32,000 nt of DNA from Promethearchaeum syntrophicum (GCF_008000775.2 NZ_CP042905.2:1560001-1592000); one strand, 5' to 3'. Shown: positions 16,761 to 25,149, counted from the stretch's first letter. Numbers and translations: made by a program. The notes: generated by a model not told the origin, from the sequence alone.

Positions 16761-17204
16761 TCATACCTTCTGTTTTGATGAATCATATACATCATAATCC
16801 ATTGCCATACCCAATAGACCTGAAGATGATGCACTTAAACTATAAAAGACCCAATAGCCGATAAGTGAAAGAATGAGATTCATGCTAAATATTAATATTC
16901 GTTGTATTTTTTTTGAAATAGAATTAGATTTTTGAAGTATTGTCAATATTCCATTTGTTAAATTGACGGATGAAACACCTAATAACCCCATTTTTGCATT
17001 CTTTGTTTGAAATGGATAAAAACTCTGATAACTTTGTTCAAATAAACCAAATATAATGCCTAGAAGGCTCGATAGAACAAAATTTGTTATGTTTATAATC
17101 CAAAATGAGTGTTTTTTAAACCAATTGGGAGATTTTCTTTTTTTAATTTCTGAAGAATTTACATTCAATTTTTCGCCAATTTCATCAATTCTTTTTTCAT
17201 CCAT
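16761..17204 (-). CDS. Small membrane protein, paralog B of a tandem triplet (unknown family)
   Basis: This is a 147-aa protein from the ATG at 17204: MDEKRIDEIGEKLNVNSSEI...DYDVYDSSKQKV. An AAGGTG SD lies ~11 nt upstream. The track start at 17252 adds 16 non-conserved residues. Confidence 0.7.
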   Translation of the reverse strand: MDEKRIDEIGEKLNVNSSEIKKRKSPNWFKKHSFWIINITNFVLSSLLGIIFGLFEQSYQSFYPFQTKNAKMGLLGVSSVNLTNGILTILQKSNSISKKIQRILIFSMNLILSLIGYWVFYSLSASSSGLLGMAMDYDVYDSSKQKV

Positions 17205-17261
17205 ATACTTTCTACACCTTTTTATTTTCAAATTTATTCTTAAAAAAATCAAAGAACCTTC

Positions 17262-17708
17262 TTATTGCTTCTTTTTTGATGAATCATAGACATTATATAG
17301 AATTGGGTTAGACAGTTGATCTGAGGATGCAACTAAACTATATAAGAATCCATATCCGATAATTGAAAGAATGAGATTTATACTAAATATCAATATTCTC
17401 TGCTGTTTTCGTAATATAGAATGAGGTCTTTGAGGAATAGTTAATATTCCATTTGTTATATTAACAGGAAACACACCCAATAATCCAATCATTCCTTTTT
17501 CACTAAAAATAAATGGATAATGGCTCTGATATCGATGTTCAAACAAACCAGAAATCAACCCAATTGTGCTTGAAAGTATTAAATTCAAAGCGTTTAGAAC
17601 CCAAAAAGAGTTTTTTTTTTTTGATCTAATTTTATTTTGCTCTTTTTCTATTTCAGAGGGTTCAACATCCAGTTTTTTACCAATTTCTTGTATTTTTTCA
17701 TTTTCCAT
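17262..17708 (-). CDS. Small membrane protein, paralog A of a tandem triplet (unknown family)
   Basis: This is a 148-aa protein: MENEKIQEIGKKLDVEPSEI...LYNVYDSSKKKQ. A GAAGTGA SD-like element lies upstream. It starts 25 nt after the methyltransferase stop, with no intervening T-run on the coding strand. Confidence 0.7.
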   Translation of the reverse strand: MENEKIQEIGKKLDVEPSEIEKEQNKIRSKKKNSFWVLNALNLILSSTIGLISGLFEHRYQSHYPFIFSEKGMIGLLGVFPVNITNGILTIPQRPHSILRKQQRILIFSINLILSIIGYGFLYSLVASSDQLSNPILYNVYDSSKKKQ

Positions 17709-17733
17709 ACTTATTCACTTCAATTTTTTTTTT

Positions 17734-19029
17734 TTAATTTCTTATTTGTATCGGATTCTCAATCTTTATTTGAGAATTATTATGACTAAAATTTAACAAT
17801 TCATTTTTTATCAGTTGGTAAATTTTTCTGTCTTTTTCTTGCATTAATGCTTGGTGATAATAATTCAAGGTTTTATATTTTCTTTCATCAAGCAATATAC
17901 TTAATCTAGCTAAATTCCAATTATTTAGAGCATTATTTGGAACAAAATCTAGTGATTTTTTAAAAAATGTGTAGGATTTATTATGATCTTTAGAAGCAAA
18001 TGATTTTATCCCTAAATTTGTTAATTTCAGGGATTTGATATCTATAACTTCTAAGCTGAAGTAATCGCAGTCTTCTCCTTGAGTATTTGAAAGATATGTA
18101 AAGGTATCAGAGATATTCTCGTTATTAGTATTAGTAGTTAAAAATTTTGAGAGTCTATCTATCCAATAATCTTGGAATCGAGTGAAATTCAAAATTAAAT
18201 CTTTTTCTTCCTTCTTCCATTTCATCCAGACCGATAGAAATATTGTTGGAGAATTAATTTTTTCAAGATAATCGAGAATTTCTGTTTTAATACTATGCAC
18301 TCGGACTTTAGGTAGAAGGGATAGGAAAATTTTCGCAATTTTTGGATGAAATAATGAGAATAGTGCAATCATTGAAACGATGTTTTTTATTGAGAAAAAA
18401 TCTCGATTATCGTAATCATACTGTTTCTCAATCACGTTGATGCAGTTTTTTTCTACTGCATCTAAGAATAATACATCAAACTCCTTGAATTCATTATATA
18501 TCATCCATCTGAAAGTAGCAGTTAACCCTTTTTTATCCAATAGAGAAATTTTTTCAGGTTTTTGGGCTATGATTCGGAAACTTTTTTGATCTTTAAAGCT
18601 CTGTGATTTAATGAAATTTACATGAACAAATCCTGTGGAAATTAAAATATCCTTAAGAAATTTAGGAATTAGACCAATTTTATGAGTATTTCCGGGTAGA
18701 TCAACTCCAAATAAAAAACGTAAGGTATTTCTCTTTTTCAAATTATTTCTTGTTAAAAGTCTTAAATATCCTTTGAAAAAGTTGGGAGCTTCGATAACTA
18801 ATTTTCCATTTGGTTTAAGCACGCGAAACCATTCTGCAATTAAAAAAGGAAGGGTTATGACATCAAAATGCTCGAGTATATGCGAGGCTTCAATATCATC
18901 AACACCATTATCTTCATATTGTAAATGACGTATATCAGTAACTACATCTGCAATTTCAGATTCAAACATATCGATGTTGATATATCCTGGTTTATAATAA
19001 ATCCCGCAGCCCAAATTTAATTTAATCAT
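17734..19029 (-). CDS. Class I SAM-dependent methyltransferase (Methyltransf_11-like N-terminal domain) with a ~270-aa C-terminal domain of unknown function
   Basis: The N-terminus carries motif I (IKLNLGCG), then ..DNGVDDIEASHILEHF.. and ..RVLKPNGKLVIEAPN. The remaining ~270 aa are unrecognised and end in a TPR-like helical pair (SYTFFKKSLDFVPNNALNNWNLARLSILLDERKYKTLNYYHQAL). Confidence 0.75.
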   Translation of the reverse strand: MIKLNLGCGIYYKPGYINIDMFESEIADVVTDIRHLQYEDNGVDDIEASHILEHFDVITLPFLIAEWFRVLKPNGKLVIEAPNFFKGYLRLLTRNNLKKRNTLRFLFGVDLPGNTHKIGLIPKFLKDILISTGFVHVNFIKSQSFKDQKSFRIIAQKPEKISLLDKKGLTATFRWMIYNEFKEFDVLFLDAVEKNCINVIEKQYDYDNRDFFSIKNIVSMIALFSLFHPKIAKIFLSLLPKVRVHSIKTEILDYLEKINSPTIFLSVWMKWKKEEKDLILNFTRFQDYWIDRLSKFLTTNTNNENISDTFTYLSNTQGEDCDYFSLEVIDIKSLKLTNLGIKSFASKDHNKSYTFFKKSLDFVPNNALNNWNLARLSILLDERKYKTLNYYHQALMQEKDRKIYQLIKNELLNFSHNNSQIKIENPIQIRN

Positions 19030-19101
19030 ATGATTTTTTCACAACTATCTTATTTCATTATCCTTTCTTTTTTCTCTCATCAGTAGATTCAATATTATTT
19101 T

Positions 19102-20142
19102 TCATCTTTTGTAGGATTTTGTAGGTTTTACATCTAATTTATTTTCTTCAATCATTCGCATGCAAAATGGAGTGTTATGCAATTTTCCAGACATATGTAA
19201 GGAAACAGAATTACATCCTCCTTTACATCTGTCCGCAAAATAACATCCTTGGCAGTTCGCTCCAATGTTTTCTACAGTAAATTTTCGATTATATCTAAAC
19301 GAATTGGGGTCCTCCCAAATATCAATAAAACTCCTTTCTCTAATATTATCTTCAATAAATTGATTATTTCCCATCGAAAGACACCCAACTATTCCTCCAT
19401 CGGATGTTATTCCTATTGAGGATATCCCCGCAGTACATCCCTTCCAATGGCCTCCTCCTTGGAGTAAATGTGAAAAATAGCCAAAGCAATGCGCGCCAAT
19501 TACAGGATATTCCTTGAATTTATTTTTGATTCCTTCAGAGACAATAAACATCGGAATTGCATAATATTCATCTTCATCAATTATAAGGTTTGGATCAAGA
19601 TTTCCAAAGGGCATTCCGATCTGAATCTGCCAATTCACTTTCTTTTTTTTTAAAATATCCCGAATAGCAAGCAGTTCTGAGAAATTAGTTTTCGTTACTG
19701 TTGTAATTACCGTAGTTTGTATTCCATTTTGATTTAATAGATCAATGGTTTTCATTACTGCCTTGTAGGATCCTTCTCTCCTAATTGAATCATGGGTTTT
19801 TTCAGTTCCGTCCAATGAAATTCCAATAACGCTCGTTTCCAACTCAACAAGATCATTGATATATTTTGGTATCAAGAGCCCATTTGAAACAAAAGCTAGT
19901 TCCATGCCTAAATCTTTAACGCACCAAGCAAGAGACTTCCAATCTTTTCTTACGAAGGGCTCACCACCCATTAAGCTTACTGTATTACAACCTGATTGTG
20001 CTAAATCTTCGCATAACTTAAAACATTCGTCTGTCGATAATTCATTCTCTCTAGCAGTACCTGCGCTTGAACCACAATGTTTACAATTCATATTACACGC
20101 TAATGTTGTTTCCCACACAGCACAATCAAGTTTATATTTCAT
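19102..20142 (-). CDS. Radical SAM enzyme with a C-terminal SPASM (auxiliary 4Fe-4S) domain
   Basis: The radical SAM cluster motif is WETTLACNMNCKHCGS (CxxxCxxC), and the GGE motif is SLMGGEPF. The SPASM region is HCFGY..GCTAGISSIGITSDGGIVGC...CQGCYFADRCKGGC (C-x2-C-x5-C-x3-C). The gene is 346 aa, the size typical of peptide/protein-modifying SPASM maturases. Confidence 0.9.
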   Translation of the reverse strand: MKYKLDCAVWETTLACNMNCKHCGSSAGTARENELSTDECFKLCEDLAQSGCNTVSLMGGEPFVRKDWKSLAWCVKDLGMELAFVSNGLLIPKYINDLVELETSVIGISLDGTEKTHDSIRREGSYKAVMKTIDLLNQNGIQTTVITTVTKTNFSELLAIRDILKKKKVNWQIQIGMPFGNLDPNLIIDEDEYYAIPMFIVSEGIKNKFKEYPVIGAHCFGYFSHLLQGGGHWKGCTAGISSIGITSDGGIVGCLSMGNNQFIEDNIRERSFIDIWEDPNSFRYNRKFTVENIGANCQGCYFADRCKGGCNSVSLHMSGKLHNTPFCMRMIEENKLDVKPTKSYKR

Positions 20143-20154
20143 CCGAAAATCATC

Positions 20155-20168
20155 AATATTTTATCTAA
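20155..20168 (-). promoter_or_regulatory. TATA-like element upstream of the radical SAM gene (minus strand ttagataaaatatt)
   Basis: The element lies 13-26 nt upstream of the ATG at 20142. It sits downstream of the T-rich tract that follows the GDH-like gene, which suggests the rSAM cluster is its own transcription unit. Confidence 0.3.
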
Positions 20169-20244
20169 CTATTATGTGGATTAATAATAAATCTTGTATT
20201 TAAACATTTGAGGTAAGAATATCGTACATTTAATGGGAAGAATA

Positions 20245-20272
20245 ATAAAAAAGTGAACGAAAAAAAGAAAAA
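20245..20272 (-). terminator. T-rich tract after the GDH-like gene (minus strand tttttctttttttcgttcactttttt)
   Basis: On the minus strand, T-runs of 5, 7 and 6 lie within about 30 nt of the stop at 20280. Confidence 0.4.
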
Positions 20273-20279
20273 TTCAATA

Positions 20280-21521
20280 TTATGGATAAATTCCCCTAAT
20301 CTCCTCTGCAAATGCAACTCTTTTTATTGCTAATATCAGAGCTGCTGATCGGAAACTTATATCCCTCTCTGTTCTAAGGGTATACACTTCATTAAACACT
20401 TTGACAATTATTCGTTGAAGTTCTTCCTCAACACGCCCTAAACTCCATGCTAATTGCTGAAAACCTTGAACCCACTCAAAATAAGATACAATGACTCCTC
20501 CTGCGTTAGCTAAAATATCCGGAATTACTGGAATATTTCTGTCCCATAGTATTTTATCTGCTTTCAAAGAGATTGCAGCATTCGCACCTTCAATAATTCG
20601 CCGACATTTCAGATTATTCACATTATTTTCGGTAATTTGATGGTAGGTAGCACACGGAATTAACCAATCACATTCCATTGTTAAAAGTGTTTCATTTGTG
20701 ATTTTTTCTGCATTAGGATAATCCAATAAGTTGCCGTGCTTAAGTTTGTAATCAATCACATCCTGAACATCTAAACCTTCTTGATGATATATTCCATTTT
20801 TACTATCGGAAATTGCAATCACTTTTGCTCCTAATTTATCGGTAGCAAGCGCAAAATTACGCCCAACTTGGCCGATTCCTTGGATTACAACGCTTTGACC
20901 TTGAATTTCTTCTAATTCTTTGCGTGCCCATTCATGAAGTATATATCCAATACCTAACCCTACGGCTTGTTCTCGTCCGTATATGCCTCCGGTATCGATT
21001 GGTTTGCCCGTAACTACTCGATGCGTTGTGTGTCCTATGCCTACGGAATAAGTATCCATTATCCATGACATTATTCGTTCATCTGTATTTAAGTCAGGTC
21101 CCATTACATCTTGTTCAGGACCAATTACGTTGATTACTGCCGCCGTATAACGGCGTACTAATCGTTCAAGCTCTTTATCAGAAAGAGTATTTATATCTAC
21201 TTGGATTGCACCTCCAGAACCCCCAAGGGGGATACCTACTAACGCAGTTTTTAAAGTCATTATAGTGGCTAACGCTTTCGTATCATCCAAAGAAATATCG
21301 GAGTTGATGATGAGACCTCCCTTAGCAGGACCGATTGTATTTGAATGAAGCACTCGAAAACCTTGGATCATTTGTAATGATTTATCATCACGTTTTAATG
21401 GACAATTAACTACAACCATACGTTCTGCCTTGGTTAACAATAGAAGCTCCTTGTTATCTATCCCTATTTTTCTGCCAATGCTAAATATTTTTTCATTCGT
21501 ATCTTCTAGAAGAGATCCCAT
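20280..21521 (-). CDS. Glutamate dehydrogenase-family paralog with a degenerate active site (likely non-canonical or inactive)
   Basis: The 413-aa ORF is collinear with the upstream GDH (FRVLHSN, GPAKGG, VTGKP, QGIGQVG, ANAGGVIVSYFEW, RGIYP). However, the glycine-rich catalytic motif reads GGSGGA (21207-21224) instead of GG(A/G)KGG. In addition, KGGIR has become KGGLI and EGANGPTT has become EGANAAIS. Confidence 0.85.
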   Translation of the reverse strand: MGSLLEDTNEKIFSIGRKIGIDNKELLLLTKAERMVVVNCPLKRDDKSLQMIQGFRVLHSNTIGPAKGGLIINSDISLDDTKALATIMTLKTALVGIPLGGSGGAIQVDINTLSDKELERLVRRYTAAVINVIGPEQDVMGPDLNTDERIMSWIMDTYSVGIGHTTHRVVTGKPIDTGGIYGREQAVGLGIGYILHEWARKELEEIQGQSVVIQGIGQVGRNFALATDKLGAKVIAISDSKNGIYHQEGLDVQDVIDYKLKHGNLLDYPNAEKITNETLLTMECDWLIPCATYHQITENNVNNLKCRRIIEGANAAISLKADKILWDRNIPVIPDILANAGGVIVSYFEWVQGFQQLAWSLGRVEEELQRIIVKVFNEVYTLRTERDISFRSAALILAIKRVAFAEEIRGIYP

Positions 21522-21540
21522 TTAGTGCAACTCCAGTTTA

Positions 21541-22800
21541 TTATGGATAAATTCCCCGTAATTCAACCGCTTTAGCCACTCGTTGAACGGCAATTAAATA
21601 AGCAGCTAACCGATAACTAATTTTCTTTTCATTCTTTAGATCTCTAATTGCATCAAAAGCACGTTTCAAAATTGTTTCTAATTGTTTATTAACTTCATCT
21701 AAATCCCAGAAAAGACCTTGTCGGTCTTGGATCCACTCGAAATACGAAACTGTCACTCCGCCAGCGTTAGCTAGCACATCTGGAACCACATCAATACCAT
21801 TTTTATTCAAAATCTCGTCTGCTTCAGGAGTAGTAGGTCCGTTTGCACCTTCAACTATAACTTTACAATTTAACTTTGATGCATTTTCAATCGTAATTTG
21901 ATTTTCTAAGGCACAAGGGCAGAGGAAATCACATTTTAATTCCAATAATTCTTTATTGCTTATCTTTTTAGCTTTGGTATATCCTTCAAGTGTACGATGT
22001 TCGGGATCATTTATGTAAGCAAACATTTCATCAATATCTAATCCATCTGGATTATAATATCCTCCCGAAATATCAGATGTGGCAATAATTTTATATCCGT
22101 AACTTTTGAGAGTTGTACAAGTATATTGACCTACATTACCGAAACCCTGAACAACAACAGAGCAGTCTTCAGGTTTCATATCATGATTTTTTGCATATTG
22201 ATCTGCAACATATGCAACACCGTGACCCGTAGCTTGTGTTCTTCCTAAACTGCCTCCAATTTCTACTGGTTTACCTGTTACCACACCACTAATTGTTGCC
22301 CCTTTTGCCATGGAATAAACATCCATGATCCAAGCCATCATTTGGGGAGTAGTATTCATATCTGGTGCTGGAATATCGATCTCTGGCCCAATAACATTAA
22401 TTATTCCCTGAGTGAACCTTCTGGTTAATCTCTCCAATTCATTTTGGCTCATTTCATGAGGGTTGCATGTAACTCCACCTTTGGCACCTCCAAGAGGTAT
22501 GCCAACAGTAGCACATTTCCATGTCATCCACATTGATAAGGCTTTAACTTCATCCATATCAACATTTTGAGCATAACGTATTCCACCTTTTCCCGGTCCA
22601 CGTGCATTTGAGTGTAAAATTCTGAATCCTTCAAAAACTTTCAAGGATCCATCATCCATCTTCACGGGGCAATTCACAATAACTATTCTCTGCGGGTGAG
22701 ATAGATATTCATATAGGTCTTTGTTGAGATCTAAGTAATCACAAGCATTTCTTAACTGTTTGAGGGCGTTTTCCCACGGATTTCCAGTCATTTTATTCAA
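21541..22800 (-). CDS. gdh: Glutamate dehydrogenase (hexameric ~415-aa archaeal/bacterial type)
   Basis: The 419-aa ORF has canonical motifs: GPGKGGIRY, MTWKCA, IPLGGAKGGV, PAPDMNT, VTGKP..GGSLGR, QGFGNVG, EGANGPTT, ANAGGVTVSYFEW. It lies 19 nt upstream of the degenerate paralog, with a GGAG in the spacer. Confidence 0.9.
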   Translation of the reverse strand: MNKMTGNPWENALKQLRNACDYLDLNKDLYEYLSHPQRIVIVNCPVKMDDGSLKVFEGFRILHSNARGPGKGGIRYAQNVDMDEVKALSMWMTWKCATVGIPLGGAKGGVTCNPHEMSQNELERLTRRFTQGIINVIGPEIDIPAPDMNTTPQMMAWIMDVYSMAKGATISGVVTGKPVEIGGSLGRTQATGHGVAYVADQYAKNHDMKPEDCSVVVQGFGNVGQYTCTTLKSYGYKIIATSDISGGYYNPDGLDIDEMFAYINDPEHRTLEGYTKAKKISNKELLELKCDFLCPCALENQITIENASKLNCKVIVEGANGPTTPEADEILNKNGIDVVPDVLANAGGVTVSYFEWIQDRQGLFWDLDEVNKQLETILKRAFDAIRDLKNEKKISYRLAAYLIAVQRVAKAVELRGIYP

Positions 22801-23132
22801 CTTATATTTTTTTTTTAAATGAGTAGTACGAAATGATCAATACTGATCATGGAAGGTATAGTTTCCTTCCTTATATAATTGAGTAAAATGTATTTTTGGA
22901 AAAAAATTGTTATGAATTTTATATTTTTGGGTAAAATGTGGGCAAATTTTTCCCACTCATATCACTAAATTAATACTAAGTTCGAAATATAAATTAGCGG
23001 AATGGGGGGCTAAGAATAAAACATAATTAGAAAAAAAGAATAATAAAAGTGAATAATATACAATTCAAATCCCTAAAAATCTCTTTATATTTCTTCTATT
23101 AGACCTTTCATAAATGTGAGTTTATTCAAGAT

Positions 23133-23147
23133 TTAATAAAAAAACGA
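23133..23147 (-). terminator. Oligo-T (T7 on the minus strand) directly after the TPR protein stop
   Basis: The plus strand reads ataaaaaaacgatca. The minus strand reads tga-tcg-ttttttt. Confidence 0.35.
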
Positions 23148-24941
23148 TCAATTTTCTTTCAAGCTTCTGATCTTTTCTTGAATCTGTTTCTGAAAATCTT
23201 GGTCAGACGTACCTGGATTACGGTAAATATTTCTCGGGTGGTCTAATCTGACTTGATTGATGCAATTATCACAAAAATTACAGATGCAGAGAGAATGCAT
23301 AACATCTCCTCGTTGAGATATCATTGAAACGTGATAAGGTACTCCATGTTTTGAACATCTTTTACATTGATTACTTCTCAGAAGCATTTCTGCCCGTTCC
23401 CGTTCAATTTTTAGGGCATCACTCTTGTGAATATTCTCCTTTTGAAATTCTAATGAATTTATAAATAATACTGGATTTTCGATTACAAAATCATCATTAA
23501 TGACCCTATATCCTTCTAAAAATTCCCACCTTTTCAAATTTTCTTCTAATATCGAAATGGACATGTTGTATAACTTTAAAATATCTCCTACTTTGATTTG
23601 AAATGTGATTTGACTCATCCGCTTAATTTCATCCAGTAACCATAATTCTGGGTTATCTTGCTTATTTATTTTTTGACGATATAATGGTTTATCCCTCACA
23701 TTCGCACGAAGAGGATCTCTCAGCAAAACTGCTTTAATATCGTTTAAACTATCTTCTGGAGGGTTTATCTTGAAATATTTTTCGTTGGCTCTCAAAACCA
23801 ATTCTTCCAAGGAATTTCTGGCTTGTCTTCGCTTATGGAAAAAATCAACCGCATGGATAAAATAAATACTTGCTTCTAAGAGATGTCCTTGATATAAGAG
23901 CACATTACCCATTCCATTCCATGCATTACAGATATTCAGTCGTGCTTTCATTGCGAGGGTGAAATAATTTTCTGCTTCAATATACCTTTCCTGAGCCATC
24001 ATAAGCATGCCCAAAAAATAGTAAGTTTCTTTTTTGTTATGTTTCGATTTCAGGGCGTTAAGAAACATTCTCTCAGCTTTTGGATAATCTTTTCTGAGAT
24101 TCATAGCAATCAAGCCCAAATAATCCTTAGCATGGTACATTTCGGGATTAAATTTCAATGTTTGATGAAAATCACTCTCAGCACCTTCGACATCCCCATC
24201 CAAATATTTTTGTAGCCCATTTTTCAGATATGCTTCACTTTTATCACTCAAACATTTTCGTTCTTTGCTTTTTTGTTCTACCATTTGTATAAATTCCCTT
24301 AGTTTTTCACTCTTTTTTCCTTCATGTATTTTATCTAAGAATTTTTTCGTATAAAGATCAGGACCAGTTATTTCATTTGCATTCTGATTGATGAGTTGGC
24401 GCTCGTATTCTTCCTTTTTTTGGGTTGGGATTGATTTCATCTTATGGAAATTCTTGGCAATGGGGATTTTAGATAGGATAGATGTGAAATACGGGTTGAA
24501 ATCTAAATACCCTTTTCTATCAATACCCGTAAACGTATATCTGAATCTCCATTGAGATCCAGTAGATTCATAAAAAGCTAAATGGACTTGAGTGAGTTGG
24601 TCACAAATTGTGATGCTCATGCTTAGGTTTGTATTTTTTGCTGTGATAGAATAATGGTAAATTCTCTCATTATCGGGACACACTTCGACGGTACCCTTTC
24701 TGATCGGAGATTCCCAAAATGTTTTTCGTTCTCCGAATATGGATAATTCTATATTGATCATGTCGTATTGGGTCTGATTCAGCAAAATTAATCCATGTTC
24801 ATCCCGTTTATATATGCGTCGATTTTTTCCTGTGATTTCCTTGTTTCCAAAAATTTCAAATTCAACATTTAAAATTTTTTTTGGGTAGGGAGTCAAATCC
24901 AAAATTTCCGCTTTTTCGGAATATTGAATCTCTATTGGCAT
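23148..24941 (-). CDS. TPR-repeat protein with an N-terminal beta-rich domain and a C-terminal Cys/His-rich (zinc-binding-like) tail; function unknown
   Basis: This is a 597-aa ORF. The central region has at least 4 TPR-like units (GDVEGAESDFHQTLKFNP.., YPKAERMFLNALK.., YIEAENYFTLAMK.., LLEASIYFIHAVD). The C-terminus reads CKRCSKHGVPYHVSMISQRGDVMHSLCICNFCDNC. Confidence 0.5.
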   Translation of the reverse strand: MPIEIQYSEKAEILDLTPYPKKILNVEFEIFGNKEITGKNRRIYKRDEHGLILLNQTQYDMINIELSIFGERKTFWESPIRKGTVEVCPDNERIYHYSITAKNTNLSMSITICDQLTQVHLAFYESTGSQWRFRYTFTGIDRKGYLDFNPYFTSILSKIPIAKNFHKMKSIPTQKKEEYERQLINQNANEITGPDLYTKKFLDKIHEGKKSEKLREFIQMVEQKSKERKCLSDKSEAYLKNGLQKYLDGDVEGAESDFHQTLKFNPEMYHAKDYLGLIAMNLRKDYPKAERMFLNALKSKHNKKETYYFLGMLMMAQERYIEAENYFTLAMKARLNICNAWNGMGNVLLYQGHLLEASIYFIHAVDFFHKRRQARNSLEELVLRANEKYFKINPPEDSLNDIKAVLLRDPLRANVRDKPLYRQKINKQDNPELWLLDEIKRMSQITFQIKVGDILKLYNMSISILEENLKRWEFLEGYRVINDDFVIENPVLFINSLEFQKENIHKSDALKIERERAEMLLRSNQCKRCSKHGVPYHVSMISQRGDVMHSLCICNFCDNCINQVRLDHPRNIYRNPGTSDQDFQKQIQEKIRSLKEN

Positions 24942-25149
24942 ATTAATTAACGCCTATCTTTTTTCTTTCTGACATATAAACATTTTTTTACGAATATATA
25001 ATTATGGATTGAGCATGAAGGGAAATAAAACATATCGAAAGGGGATTTGAAAACTTAGCAATGTTTTATTATTTTATTAAATCGACGCAAACAAGCTTTT
25101 TATTACAAATCTTTTAATAAATGATAAATCTCATTATATGTGAATCTTC

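Noticed and set aside
16732-16764. The longer starts for paralogs C (16764, an ATGA overlap with the stop of B) and B (17252).
   Set aside because: The extensions are not conserved among the three paralogs. The apparent similarity (RCKK / RCRK) is explained by the conserved AAGGTG SD sequence being translated. The alignment of the three N-termini and the SD spacing favour 16731 and 17204. Translational coupling through the ATGA overlap cannot be fully excluded.
13206-20142. The idea that the whole minus-strand run (rSAM, methyltransferase, three paralogs, GPH transporter, M32 peptidase) forms one complete RiPP-like cluster of maturase, tailoring enzyme, precursors, exporter and protease.
   Set aside because: T-rich terminator-like tracts follow paralog C (spacer 16178-16293) and the transporter (14744-14766). 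TATA-like boxes precede both the transporter and the peptidase genes. GPH carriers are typically importers, and M32 carboxypeptidases are general peptide-catabolism enzymes. That fits the neighbouring GDH genes. The association is therefore more likely coincidental. Only the five-gene core is reported as a finding.
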